Shown here one piece after another: positions 1 to 9,274 of a stretch of DNA of 39,720 nucleotides. A program made the position numbers and the translations under genes. The notes under the pieces are model-generated. The model saw only the letters and a program-made list of their open reading frames with translations. It was not told where the DNA came from and made no database searches. Location: the IMG/VR virus record IMGVR_UViG_3300030207_003925, positions 1 to 39,720 of that record; one strand, 5' to 3'. Origin of the DNA: a virus. Lineage: Duplodnaviria > Caudoviricetes. Position 1 is the stretch's first letter. The number at the start of each line of letters is the position of its first letter.

Positions 1-3000
1 AACTGTTAAATTGTTTATCGTAACGTCGTTGGTAAAGATTTTATTCCCGGCTATACTCTGGTTAGTTGTCAGCTTAACTGTTGTAGAATCTAGGGTGCTG
101 ATGTCAGAGTCATTACTGGTAATCTGCGTTTGTAACGTTTGCCCAGTCGTTCCTAAGTTAGTTGTAAGACTTGCAATATCACTATCGTTTGAAGTGATCT
201 GAGTTTGTAAAGTCTGACCCGTAGTTCCCAGATTACTTGTAAGCGTCGAAATATCTGAATCGTTACTAGTGATCTGTGTTTGTAAAGTTTGGCCGCTGGT
301 CCCCAAGTTAGTCGCAACCGTATTTATGTTAGTCGTGAGCGTTTGACCCGTCGTGACTAAGTTGGATGTTAAAGTTGAAATGTCAGAATCATTGCTGGTA
401 ATCTGCGTTTGCAAGGTCTGACCTGTCGTGCCGACATTTGTTGTAAGCGTGGATATATCACTGTCGTTAGAAGTGATCTGTGTCTGCAGTGTCTGTCCAG
501 TCGTTACCAAATTACTCGTAAGAGTAGTAATATCTCCATCGTTAGATGTTATCTGAGTTTGAAGCGTTTGCCCTGTTGTAATCAGATTAGTAGTATTTGC
601 ATCGGTGCTAGTTTTTAAAACGCCGGTAGCGCTTCTCAAAGCTGCTATGTCAGCGTCATTGTCTGTGATTAAACCTGACACCGTGGTAATATCAGTCGTT
701 AATGTCTGACCCGTGGTAATCAGATTAGACGTTAAAGTACTAATGTCAGAATCATTACTTGTAATTTGAGTCTGGAGTGTCTGGCCCGTGGTCCCCAAAT
801 TAGTAGTTAGGGTAGAAATATCTCCGTCATTCGATGTGATTTGGGTCTGTAAGGTTTGACCCGTCGTGATTAAGTTGGCCGCATTACTATCCGTGCTTGT
901 CTTAAGAACTCCTGTCGCAGTTTTTAAAGCCGTTATGTCTCCGTCATTATCAACTATTAGCCCAGAAACTGTGGTTATGTCTGTAGTTAAGGTTTGCCCA
1001 GTGGTTACTAGATTAGAAGTAAGACTGGTAATGTCAGAATCGTTTGACGTTATCTGAGTTTGTAGTGTCTGACCAGTAGTAATTAAGTTTCCGCTTAATG
1101 TATCTACTTTGCCGCTTAAAGCTTCGTCGCTAGCATTTTCAGCTATTCCAGAAACAATAGCTATTTCAGAAGTTAAAGTTTGACCTGTAGTTACTAAATT
1201 TGAAGTAAGGGTAGATATGTCGGAATCATTACTTGTGATTTGCGTTTGCAGTGTCTGCCCAGTTGTGGCTAAATTAGATGTGATCGTCGAGATATCAGAG
1301 TCGTTACTCGTGATTTGAGTCTGCAGAGTTTGCCCCGTAACGCCCAAATTACTCGTGAGAGTAGATATATCAGAATCATTTGATGTTATTTGTGTTTGTA
1401 AAGTTTGACCTGTAGTAATTAAGTTTCCGCTAATATCATCAACTCTAGACCCAGTAGAAACAAGGTTAGAAGAAACGGTGTTGACGTTGTCTGTTAAAGT
1501 TTTTCCTGTTGCTATTAGGTTCGAGCTAACTGTATTTATACTTGTGGTGAGCGTCTGACCTGTAGTTATAAGATTACCACTTAACGTATCAACTTTGCCG
1601 CTTAAAGCAGGATCAGAACTAGAGCCTGTAGTTAATCCGGAAACAATAGCTATCTCTTCTGTAAGATACTGCCCTGTAGTTATTAAATTGCCACTTAAAG
1701 TGTTAAAGTCTTCCCCTCCTGCGAGGCCTGAAACTATTGCTATTTCTGAAGTAAGGGTTTGTCCGGTAGTGATTAAGTTCCCACTTAAAGTATCAAAATC
1801 TTGCCCTCCGGCTATACCTGAAACTGTAGCTATATCATCACTTAAATTCTTCCCTGTTGTTATTAAATTAGAAGAGACAGTATTGATATTTGTAGTTAAA
1901 GTCTGTCCAGTATTTACAAGATCTCCTATTATCCCCGCTATTTGTCCATCATTACTAGTTATCTGGCCCTGTAAATTATTCCCCGTAGAAATTAAATTAT
2001 TAGTATTAGTAATGGTTAACCCAGAGACAATACCAATTTCGTTAGTTAATGTTTGACCAGTAGCAATAAGATTGCCGCTAATTATATCGGCAGCAACACC
2101 GCCAGTAGTCATTCCTGATACTGTATTTATCTCGTCTGTAAGATATTGACCAGTAGAAATTAAATTCCCTGAAATAGTATCAGCATTACCACTGATATCA
2201 TCTACCGCAAATCCAGTTTCAATTAAATAATTTCTACTAGTTACGCCAGTCTGCTTTAAATCTTCAGTTAAAGCAAAAATGTCAGAATCATTATTAGTTA
2301 TTTGTGTTTGTAATGTTTGGCCAGTAACTATTAAATTGCCGCTTAACGAGTCAGTCCTCGAGCCAGTAATCCTTAAATTTGAAGTCAGGCTAGATATATC
2401 AGAATCATTACTTGTAATCTGGACCTGAAGAGTTTGACCTGTAGTTATCAAATTTCCACTTAAGCCATCTATATCACTAGCCTCTTGATTAATTAATCCT
2501 GATACGACAGATATTTCTGAAGTAAGGGTCTGGCCTGTAGTTATTAAATCTCCACTTAGTTCGTCAAAAGTGCTACCTCCAGCTATACCTGAAACAACAG
2601 CTATTTCATCTGTTAAAAACTGACCTGTACTAATTAAATTCGAATCAGTAGTATTCGATTGAACTTTTAATTCACCCGTAGCCGATTCTAAGTTGGTAAT
2701 ATCAGTATCATTCGAGGTAATTTGAGTTTGTAGATTTTGTATATCAGAGTCAGTTGCGTAAACTCCCGTCTGACTTGACGTAACTACATTACTACCCTGA
2801 ACGGCTATTGGAAAATTAAACTCAAACTTATCATTATTTTCGTTAAAAAGTATATCTGCATCAGGCAAAGTGCCCCTATCTATAACAATACCACCTGAAC
2901 GAACTGCTATTCCTGCATCAGTCTCGCCGCTATTAATTATTATAATATTATCTTTTACGGCGAGATGCTCTACATCGATGATTGTCTCTGTTCCTGTAAC

Positions 3001-4050
3001 TGTTAAATTTCTTATTGAAACATCTTCGAATACTGTAACTCCAGTAGCGTTAGAAAAATCAATACCTCCGTTAGAAGTGTGAATAGGAACATCGCCTATA
3101 AAAAGGGTATTTGCCGATACTTTTATATCATCAAAGAATCCTGTCCTAAAAGGTAAAGATTCTGACCCGAGATCCAAAGTTCCGCTGGAAGAGGGAAGTA
3201 TAACTCCAGATATAGTACCTCCTGCTTTTCCAAGTTTATATTCCTGCAGCTCTCCAGTTGCAGAGCTTAATATTCCCGTTGAGGTATTAAGGGTCGATAT
3301 ATTATTATCATTTGAAATCACCTCTCCACTTAGGGCATCAATCGTAAATCCTGTTTCCCTGAGGATATTTTGCATTTTTACCCCAGTCTCAATTAAATCG
3401 CCACTTAAACCGTCTATCTTTGGCTCAAGATTATTACCTGTAGAAATTAAATTATTAGTATTATCAACAGTAAGTCCTGATACCGTATTAATATCAGAAG
3501 TTAAAGTCTGCCCTGTGATAATTAAATTTCCACTAAGGTCGTCTAGAATATTTCCACTATTAAGTATTTGGGTTTCTAAATTATTGCCAGTAGATATTAA
3601 GTTGCTAGTAAGATCGTCTACATCCCCAGTTATCCCAGTTATAGATGCCTTTAAACTTGCTCCAGTAGCTGCCAAATTGCCGCTTAAAATATCTCGAAGA
3701 GAATCTAAATTATTACCAGAAGCAATTAGGTTTCCACTCAATGTGGATATTTGAAATTCTAAATTATTACCTGTTGAAATTACATGACCACTTAATACTC
3801 CTATCTCATCGGTAAGAGTGGTTCCAGTAACTATCAAGTTCGCGCGGAGGCTGGCTACGTCATTGGTTAAAGAGAGAATATCTCCTTCAGTAGCTAAAAT
3901 ATCTGTATTAACCCCTAGGTCAGGAACTTGGCCACTTACGTTAGTTACAGGGGGCGCTCCAGCAACAGTAGTAACGCCGTCAATACGCTTATCTACTACT
4001 GTAGTAGTAGAGCCGCTTATTACAACGTCGACTACAGTTTGGGTGCTCAT
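1..4050 (-). CDS. Long coiled-coil repeat fibre/virion protein, 3' end runs off the window (at least 1350 aa); absent from the ORF track
   Basis: ATG at 4050 (MSTQTVVDVVISGSTTT...), just after the stop of the 4055-4423 gene. The same frame reads QSIAGNKIFTNDVTINNLTV at 60-1. Many TGQTLQTQITSNDSDISTLTSNL repeats, plus a fibre-type beta segment (LDLGSESLPFRTGFFDD...NLTVTGT...LAVKDNIIIIN). The + strand ORFs here are its antisense shadows. Not every codon was checked. Confidence 0.85.
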   Translation of the reverse strand, partial: MSTQTVVDVVISGSTTTVVDKRIDGVTTVAGAPPVTNVSGQVPDLGVNTDILATEGDILSLTNDVASLRANLIVTGTTLTDEIGVLSGHVISTGNNLEFQISTLSGNLIASGNNLDSLRDILSGNLAATGASLKASITGITGDVDDLTSNLISTGNNLETQILNSGNILDDLSGNLIITGQTLTSDINTVSGLTVDNTNNLISTGNNLEPKIDGLSGDLIETGVKMQNILRETGFTIDALSGEVISNDNNISTLNTSTGILSSATGELQEYKLGKAGGTISGVILPSSSGTLDLGSESLPFRTGFFDDIKVSANTLFIGDVPIHTSNGGIDFSNATGVTVFEDVSIRNLTVTGTETIIDVEHLAVKDNIIIINSGETDAGIAVRSGGIVIDRGTLPDADILFNENNDKFEFNFPIAVQGSNVVTSSQTGVYATDSDIQNLQTQITSNDTDITNLESATGELKVQSNTTDSNLISTGQFLTDEIAVVSGIAGGSTFDELSGDLITTGQTLTSEISVVSGLINQEASDIDGLSGNLITTGQTLQVQITSNDSDISSLTSNLRITGSRTDSLSGNLIVTGQTLQTQITNNDSDIFALTEDLKQTGVTSRNYLIETGFAVDDISGNADTISGNLISTGQYLTDEINTVSGMTTGGVAADIISGNLIATGQTLTNEIGIVSGLTITNTNNLISTGNNLQGQITSNDGQIAGIIGDLVNTGQTLTTNINTVSSNLITTGKNLSDDIATVSGIAGGQDFDTLSGNLITTGQTLTSEIAIVSGLAGGEDFNTLSGNLITTGQYLTEEIAIVSGLTTGSSSDPALSGKVDTLSGNLITTGQTLTTSINTVSSNLIATGKTLTDNVNTVSSNLVSTGSRVDDISGNLITTGQTLQTQITSNDSDISTLTSNLGVTGQTLQTQITSNDSDISTITSNLATTGQTLQTQITSNDSDISTLTSNLVTTGQTLTSEIAIVSGIAENASDEALSGKVDTLSGNLITTGQTLQTQITSNDSDITSLTSNLVTTGQTLTTDITTVSGLIVDNDGDITALKTATGVLKTSTDSNAANLITTGQTLQTQITSNDGDISTLTTNLGTTGQTLQTQITSNDSDISTLTSNLITTGQTLTTDITTVSGLITDNDADIAALRSATGVLKTSTDANTTNLITTGQTLQTQITSNDGDITTLTSNLVTTGQTLQTQITSNDSDISTLTTNVGTTGQTLQTQITSNDSDISTLTSNLVTTGQTLTTNINTVATNLGTSGQTLQTQITSNDSDISTLTSNLGTTGQTLQTQITSNDSDIASLTTNLGTTGQTLQTQITSNDSDISTLDSTTVKLTTNQSIAGNKIFTNDVTINNLTV
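100..2700 (-). repeat. Degenerate in-frame coding tandem repeat, mostly 75-nt (25 aa) units with some 54-nt (18 aa) and longer units
   Basis: Recurrent + strand pattern resembling ttactngtnatntgngtttgtaangtttgnccngt. It encodes TGQTLQTQITSNDSDISTLTSNLxT with diverged third positions. A higher-order duplication lies at about 590-740 versus 875-1025 (TTDITTVSGLI.DND.DI.AL..ATGVLKTSTD.N..NLITTG). Confidence 0.9.
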
Positions 4051-4054
4051 TTTA

Positions 4055-4423
4055 TTATGTAGTTACCTGAGGATAAACAAAAAAATCTCCCGCTAAGATT
4101 TTATCTACCGCTCCTTCAGTGTTTGAAGCCCCACTAGGATATTTCTCTATGTCGTAAACGAATTGCCCAACTGGAAGACCTGAAGTTTGAGACCCACTTA
4201 AGTAAACATCTATTAGACCGCTCTGATAAGCGCTACCAGTAGTCCCAGAAACAATAGTAGGATTTAAATCAATTAAAGCATCAGTACTAGAATACCTGTA
4301 TTTAACTACTCCTCTAGCATTGTAACCGCTAAGATTTATAGCATCTCCGCTTGCATCTTTAACGTTTAACCTAACGCTTAGCTGTGACCCTTGTGTCGCG
4401 CTAAAATTATAAACCGTTGCCAT
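4055..4423 (-). CDS. Small beta-sandwich virion protein (BppU-N/baseplate-adaptor-like)
   Basis: ATQGS.L...L.VKD.SG.AINLSGY.ARG.VK...YDIE...ILAGDF.V.P.VT pattern, typical of small phage fibre-attachment proteins. It lies immediately upstream of the repeat fibre. Confidence 0.6.
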   Translation of the reverse strand: MATVYNFSATQGSQLSVRLNVKDASGDAINLSGYNARGVVKYRYSSTDALIDLNPTIVSGTTGSAYQSGLIDVYLSGSQTSGLPVGQFVYDIEKYPSGASNTEGAVDKILAGDFFVYPQVTT

Positions 4424-4431
4424 ATAGTTTT

Positions 4432-4439
4432 ATTACACT
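4432..4439 (-). promoter_or_regulatory. GTGTA motif (AGTGTAAT), putative phage late promoter, inside a 9-bp inverted repeat
   Basis: Minus strand reads CCATATAGTGTAATAAAACTATATGG, with the motif 10 nt before the ATG at 4423. Confidence 0.7.
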
Positions 4440-4462
4440 ATATGGAGGTTTTTTCTGAAATA

Positions 4463-4828
4463 TTATCTTCCTTCAGACAATATTTTCATAGCGTCCTTAC
4501 TAACTTCAGGATTTTTCTCTGGTGCAGTTGCTGGTTTTTTGTAAGCGGAGGCGTGTTTGCGAAACTCTCTGACAAGCCTTTCTCTTAACATGCTCCTATT
4601 ATCGATAGGAATTATACCTACTCTAGAAGCATGACTCTGCATATCAGACATGTTCATGTCATCCAACCTAGTCTCGTACTTTTCAACATCCAAAGTTCCA
4701 TACATTCCGGTCCCATCGTCCCCCCATATCTGGTCTAATGTGGTAGGTTCAAATTCCTTAGTCTTTCCATGCGTTTGAGACATGTTTTTCAAAGAGCTTT
4801 TCTTAGAAGATTTTCTTTTTGTTGCCAT
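4463..4828 (-). CDS. Hypothetical phage protein downstream of the major capsid gene
   Basis: 121-aa ORF with AAGGA ribosome-binding site and its own GTGTA motif. Basic N-terminus. Confidence 0.75.
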   Translation of the reverse strand: MATKRKSSKKSSLKNMSQTHGKTKEFEPTTLDQIWGDDGTGMYGTLDVEKYETRLDDMNMSDMQSHASRVGIIPIDNRSMLRERLVREFRKHASAYKKPATAPEKNPEVSKDAMKILSEGR

Positions 4829-4854
4829 AATCTTATTCCTTATAGTAGTAAAAA

Positions 4855-4861
4855 ATACACT
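4855..4861 (-). promoter_or_regulatory. GTGTA motif (AGTGTAT)
   Basis: tacac at 4856-4860, just after the capsid-operon terminator. Confidence 0.65.
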
Positions 4862-4868
4862 TTTTTTC

Positions 4869-4908
4869 CAAAAAATAGAAAACCCCGACCCTTCTCAGGG
4901 CCGGGGCT
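4869..4908 (-). terminator. Rho-independent terminator after the major capsid gene
   Basis: Minus strand CCCCGGCCCT-GAGA-AGGGTCGGGG followed by TTTTCTATTTTTT. Confidence 0.85.
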
Positions 4909-4930
4909 GCTAAATGTTATGTTTTAACGA

Positions 4931-6022
4931 TTACGGACGCTCAAAGACCAAACCGACCAAAACACGAGCATCGAGAAGAACACGTCCTTCTTCAACGCCG
5001 CCGTAGAAGCCAGTCTTGTCTTGACGAGTAGCGAACTGATCGTCCGGAAGAGCGGTGAATGTGCCACCAGTCTCGGAGTTGCGAGCAACAGGACGAACCA
5101 GAGCTTCACGAGAACGATCCACACCAACAACAACCTGATCGTTACCGGTGAATGTTCCGCCGTAGAAAGTACCAAACAATGTGTTGTACTTCTGACCGTT
5201 ACCGAGTTCGATGAGATCAATGATGTTAACACCGAAGATGCTGTTAGCACCAGCGGCCTTATACATCTCGTCCTTAACAATATCGCCAACCTGCTCAGCA
5301 GTAGTGCTAAACGGATTGTAAGCCAAAGCGCGAATGTCACCTACGATTTCAGGAGAAACGAACAAATCCGTGATTCCCTTAGAGTAAGCTTCAACCGGAG
5401 TACCGCCAGCGTAAGAAGTGTTAAGTCTCTTCATCTTGATCATCATGTCATTCAAGTAATCAAGAGTGAATGCGCTATTGGAAGAGCCAGTCTTATCGAC
5501 AACATGGTCGCCAGCAGAACCGGAACCAGTTGCGCCCTTACCCTCTGCCAAGCCTTTCAAAAGAACGGCCCAAGCATTACGATCCTGCTTCACAAGAACT
5601 TCGTTGGCCATACGCTCGACAGACTTGCTGACAACGTCCAAGCGGCTCTTACGGGCATACTTCTTAAGGAAGCTAACCGCACTATCCAACTTGTAAGTTG
5701 CAACTTTGAGTTCTGCGTTACCAGCGATTTGCGAAGAAGGAAGACCACCGGCCATATTCTGCGACCAAACAGTCACATAATTGTCGGTACCGCGTTGATC
5801 ATAAAACAAATCAAGCGGATAGCTAGGATTGTCATCCTCGTCGTATTCTACGTCAGTATAAACGTAAGCAGCAGTATTGGCCTGATCAAGAACTTGCTGG
5901 ACAACTGGCCCGATAAAAGCAGCAAAAGCTTCTGTTGCCGGACGAGAAATCTCAGGATTCTTAGAACCCATAGCCTTAATCAATTCAACCTGCTCTGGAG
6001 TATTTTTAAGTTTTAATTTCAT
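4931..6022 (-). CDS. Major capsid protein (HK97-like fold inferred)
   Basis: 363 aa with a strong AAGGAG ribosome-binding site and strongly biased codons. It follows the scaffold and decoration genes and precedes a terminator. Segments KYARKSRLDVVSKSVERMANEVLVKQD and KTGFYGGVEEGRVLLD fit HK97-type capsid proteins. Confidence 0.85.
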   Translation of the reverse strand: MKLKLKNTPEQVELIKAMGSKNPEISRPATEAFAAFIGPVVQQVLDQANTAAYVYTDVEYDEDDNPSYPLDLFYDQRGTDNYVTVWSQNMAGGLPSSQIAGNAELKVATYKLDSAVSFLKKYARKSRLDVVSKSVERMANEVLVKQDRNAWAVLLKGLAEGKGATGSGSAGDHVVDKTGSSNSAFTLDYLNDMMIKMKRLNTSYAGGTPVEAYSKGITDLFVSPEIVGDIRALAYNPFSTTAEQVGDIVKDEMYKAAGANSIFGVNIIDLIELGNGQKYNTLFGTFYGGTFTGNDQVVVGVDRSREALVRPVARNSETGGTFTALPDDQFATRQDKTGFYGGVEEGRVLLDARVLVGLVFERP

Positions 6023-6044
6023 ATTAGTTTTTCTCCTTTATATA

Positions 6045-6632
6045 TTAACCTTGAGTGAAGTCGAATTTAACCAACACAGAACCATCGGCGTCAGCGCCGC
6101 CCAAAGTTCTACCGATTACGTTATTAACGGCTTTAGCACCAAGAGTGGTAATTTTGCCGTCACCAGTAGCGAAAACATCCATGTTGATAGCAACATTTGC
6201 GGAGGTGTCCCAAGAACCGGTCGCCATGAGGAAAAGACCTCTGGTAGCAATCGGAACAGCTTGACCACTCAAACTAGCTTGAAGTTCAGCCTGCTTACGC
6301 GGATTGAATTTCAAAGCTTCGCCGTTTTCGTCATATTCCCGAACGTCATAAAGAGTAATACCGAGAGCAGCTTCATCAGCTCCTCCATCAGTAAACTCAA
6401 CGTCCGCCGATACACCGTAGCGTTGAGAAACGGTGTTGTTGAAACCTGCACCAACATTACCAAGAAATTGCGTTTCGTCAGTATTGCTCCAGCCAGTCTT
6501 AACCTTAACACATGATCCAGCATAAACTACATCACTGGTGCTAAGAGCCTGAGCTGTATCACCAAACGCAAACAAGTTAATAACATCGTGCTCACTATAA
6601 TCCCTAAAGGGCTTTAATCTTTCATTTGCCAT
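6045..6632 (-). CDS. Probable capsid decoration/cement protein
   Basis: 195 aa between scaffold and capsid genes, AGGAG ribosome-binding site. ALGITLYDV...GQAVPIATRG...G.G.IT...IGRTL pattern, as in beta-tulip/RecA-like cement proteins. Confidence 0.7.
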   Translation of the reverse strand: MANERLKPFRDYSEHDVINLFAFGDTAQALSTSDVVYAGSCVKVKTGWSNTDETQFLGNVGAGFNNTVSQRYGVSADVEFTDGGADEAALGITLYDVREYDENGEALKFNPRKQAELQASLSGQAVPIATRGLFLMATGSWDTSANVAINMDVFATGDGKITTLGAKAVNNVIGRTLGGADADGSVLVKFDFTQG

Positions 6633-6649
6633 AATAATTATCTCCTATA

Positions 6650-8167
6650 TTATTTTGTAAACACAAATCCATCCATAGCAAAAGCTTTGCTATACTTTTC
6701 AATAATTGTTGGTTCTTCAGCAGGTGCAGAAGCCGGAATGTTTACGGTTTCCGATTTTGCGTTATCTACTGCGCTCTCAACAACTTCCTTAACTGCAGAA
6801 GCCTGAGCTTCCGCAGGTGCCGCCTCTTCAGTAGCGGGAGCTTCTTCGGCTGGGGCAGCAGCAGGTGCTGGAGCCTCTTCCGCAGCAGCTTCCTCCTCTT
6901 CGCCGGTGTTAGCCTTAGAAGAAAGAAGTACTGAAAGAGTTTTGTCCAATTCGGCAAAAGCTTCTTCGTCGAGGTCTCTAATCTGAGCTGCGATAACCTT
7001 GCGGTCCTCGTCAGTCAGATTGAAACGTTCGTCATAAGAAGCCATTCGCTGATTGAATGCCTCTAATTTTTGAGCTTCGGCTTTTTCAACCTCAAGCTTT
7101 TCTAATTGAGCCTTAATGTCTTCTAACTGCGCCCTCAAGGAATCGTGTTCCTTCGAGAGCGTCTCGTGCTGTTCACGAGCGTCTTTCAGGGATTCCTCTT
7201 TTTCTGCATTCTGAGTGCTAAACTCTTCAGACGCTTTCTTAAGGCTTTCCTGAATAAACTCATGAATAGCAGAAGCAGTTAGTGTCTGCAAAGACTCATC
7301 CGATATGTCATTTAGATGTTCTATTTTCATAGCTTCTACTTTCTTTGTTTTTACAGTGTTTTTTGGATTTTGGGAAATTGTTTCTTTTTCAAGAGACTCC
7401 TTCGCCAAAGCTTTATGTTCTTCGGTTCCTTTATCGGTAAGTACTCCTTGTACGTCCGCAGCTGGATTAGCTGTTAAGCCAATTCCCAAAGGAACTACGT
7501 TATTGATAACTTTTCTATATATATTAGAGTTATCGTCAAATTTTCCTTCGCCTCCAAAACCTTTTAGTTTAGAAGCGTACTTTTCTACCTCTGCTGGATC
7601 AGAAATTTCCAATGCGTTTTCTATATTCTTTTCGTCGGCCTCTAAAACGACTAAATTATATTCATTAAAACCTAATTCCCAGCTTGCGCTAATGCCCATA
7701 TAGTCCTCACTTGTAGGGTCGCTGGAACTTTCAATCTTATCTGCTAGATTTTGATCAACTACCTTCCACACAACTCCGCCAAGAGTAACATTAAAAGGCT
7801 CTTTAAGATCTTTGACCTCATCTTTAGTTAATGGCTCATCGCTTCCAAAACGAGAAAAACCCGCAGTAAGTATAGTACCAACTACGGATTTCCTATTGTG
7901 TTCAATGTTAATTGGTTTATTTTTAAAGTTGTCATACATAGCGATAGCTGTATCGGTATCGACAACGTCGCCATTCTTGTTAACTCTATTAGCTACAAAA
8001 GCGTTAAAAGCAACGGGAAGTAGGTCAACATTTTTTTCTACATCCACATCAGGTAAAAACTTTTCAAGCTCTACCATTGAAGCCAATGCTAAATATTTAT
8101 CTTTTTCTTCCGAGACGACCGGTTTTATAACCGAACTAAATGTAGTGGTATATTTCCAGTTTTTCAT
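6650..8167 (-). CDS. Prohead protease fused to a scaffolding coiled coil
   Basis: N-domain NKNGD...KPINIEH...SASWE...GIGLTANPAA, the HK97/herpes-type protease pattern. It is followed by an acidic coiled coil and an Ala/Glu/Pro linker. Start is ATG 8167, just after the upstream stop (8185 is the alternative). Confidence 0.8.
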   Translation of the reverse strand: MKNWKYTTTFSSVIKPVVSEEKDKYLALASMVELEKFLPDVDVEKNVDLLPVAFNAFVANRVNKNGDVVDTDTAIAMYDNFKNKPINIEHNRKSVVGTILTAGFSRFGSDEPLTKDEVKDLKEPFNVTLGGVVWKVVDQNLADKIESSSDPTSEDYMGISASWELGFNEYNLVVLEADEKNIENALEISDPAEVEKYASKLKGFGGEGKFDDNSNIYRKVINNVVPLGIGLTANPAADVQGVLTDKGTEEHKALAKESLEKETISQNPKNTVKTKKVEAMKIEHLNDISDESLQTLTASAIHEFIQESLKKASEEFSTQNAEKEESLKDAREQHETLSKEHDSLRAQLEDIKAQLEKLEVEKAEAQKLEAFNQRMASYDERFNLTDEDRKVIAAQIRDLDEEAFAELDKTLSVLLSSKANTGEEEEAAAEEAPAPAAAPAEEAPATEEAAPAEAQASAVKEVVESAVDNAKSETVNIPASAPAEEPTIIEKYSKAFAMDGFVFTK

Positions 8168-8169
8168 TT

Positions 8170-8640
8170 TTAAATTTCCATCCAATGAGAAGCTATAGCG
8201 TTATTAATTGCTTCTTTTCTTGTTTCTATATATAGTTGATCTACCGAATCAAAAGCTACTTCAAGTCCGCGCTCAATTAAATCTTGTCTAGCTACCTTAA
8301 TATCTAATATAAAATCTTTTCCTTCGGCGATACTTAAAAAACGGTTAACATGAGCCATGCACCATTCCCCTAAAGTGCAATTTAATTCTTTATTGTAAGT
8401 TCCTCCCGCATCTTTATACGTAGCAATTAATGAATCTACCCTTAATCGTTCAGGGCTATTTTTAACTTTATTTTTAAAGCAATCTATTAAAGCGGCCGAA
8501 AAAGATATAAATTTATCCTCCTCTTTTTGTGCGGCTGTAACTTCAACATCTCTAGCATAGACGTCTATCAAATTAGCCTTCTCTGAAGAGAAGCTCGTAT
8601 CGTAAGATACATCGAAATCTAATTTGTTTAAATTGTCCAT
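8170..8640 (-). CDS. Hypothetical head-associated protein
   Basis: 156 aa. GEWCMAHVNRFL resembles the W.MARVN.FL motif seen in phage head-module proteins. First gene of the head operon. Confidence 0.6.
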   Translation of the reverse strand: MDNLNKLDFDVSYDTSFSSEKANLIDVYARDVEVTAAQKEEDKFISFSAALIDCFKNKVKNSPERLRVDSLIATYKDAGGTYNKELNCTLGEWCMAHVNRFLSIAEGKDFILDIKVARQDLIERGLEVAFDSVDQLYIETRKEAINNAIASHWMEI

Positions 8641-8656
8641 TTGTTACTATATATTC

Positions 8657-8664
8657 TACACACT
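8657..8664 (-). promoter_or_regulatory. GTGTA motif (AGTGTGTAG) heading the capsid operon
   Basis: tacac at 8657-8661, 16 nt before ATG 8640, directly after a terminator. Confidence 0.6.
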
Positions 8665-8679
8665 TTTTTACAAAAATGG

Positions 8680-8715
8680 AAAAAAGAAAGCCCTAGACCC
8701 TAAGGCCCAGAGCTT
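8680..8715 (-). terminator. Rho-independent terminator after the lysis cassette
   Basis: Minus-strand RNA AGCUCUGGGCC-UUAG-GGUCUAGGGCU (G-U pairs work only on this strand) followed by UUCUUUUUU. Confidence 0.75.
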
Positions 8716-8738
8716 CCTCATAAGTAATTTGTATAAGA

Positions 8739-9041
8739 TTACTTCTTACCGATAGTAACCTTCTTTTCCCCCCTACCGACAGAGACACCGGGAAACTCCC
8801 AGTCAAACTTAAAATAAGGCAGTTTAAAGGTCACGCCATTCTTGGTGCATTTAAGGTCAAAAGATGCAGAAACATCCTTGCCAGCGCAAACAGTAGGCAA
8901 CGGAGCTTTAACTCCAAGAAACGGAATAGTGATATTAGGGTCAGGCTTAACACCTACTCCAAACCACTTCTCCTTCTTTTCTCCTGCGTTGACGCTGGTA
9001 GCCAGCCCAAGCAGTACGATCATTACAATAATGTTCTTCAT
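8739..9041 (-). CDS. Small exported beta-rich protein
   Basis: Signal peptide MKNIIVMIVLLGLATSVNA, two Cys, alternating hydrophobic pattern. Confidence 0.7.
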   Translation of the reverse strand: MKNIIVMIVLLGLATSVNAGEKKEKWFGVGVKPDPNITIPFLGVKAPLPTVCAGKDVSASFDLKCTKNGVTFKLPYFKFDWEFPGVSVGRGEKKVTIGKK

Positions 9042-9043
9042 GA

Positions 9044-9274
9044 TTAGTTATTAGTTATGTTTTTCAATTCAAGCTGTGCAGCTTGATCTGAAATTGTTTT
9101 TAAAACATCTCGCGTGAATTCTGGAGCATGTTCCCAAGCTTGGTCAATTTGAGGATGAGTCATCATTCTCTGAACAATGTTTTGGGGAACTTCAGGAATT
9201 GATATAGCTTCAGTTTTTGTCGTCCTGCACCCGTTGGCGAGACTTAGCAAACTTAAAAGCACGATCAATTTCAT
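9044..9274 (-). CDS. Lipoprotein, candidate o-spanin (Rz1-like)
   Basis: ATG 9274, MKLIVLLSLLSLANG-C lipobox-like signal. It starts inside the 3' end of the 9210-9422 gene in another frame. Confidence 0.55.
   Translation of the reverse strand: MKLIVLLSLLSLANGCRTTKTEAISIPEVPQNIVQRMMTHPQIDQAWEHAPEFTRDVLKTISDQAAQLELKNITNN

Noticed and set aside
100-2700. Regular 75-nt periodicity as a possible CRISPR array
   Set aside because: Units are degenerate at third codon positions, are multiples of 3 and have no unique spacers; this is a protein-coding repeat.
11-4096. Series of short + strand ORFs in the track
   Set aside because: Antisense shadows of the minus-strand repeat fibre.
4924-5340. 138-aa alternative-frame ORF over the capsid C-terminus as a programmed frameshift product
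   Set aside because: It ends only 7 nt past the capsid stop, so no domain would be added. No clear slippery site, and the composition looks like an off-frame read.
5021-6515. Long + strand ORFs (331 aa and 154 aa) antisense to the capsid and decoration genes
   Set aside because: Typical antisense shadows of strongly codon-biased genes, with no promoter, ribosome-binding site or protein-like motifs.
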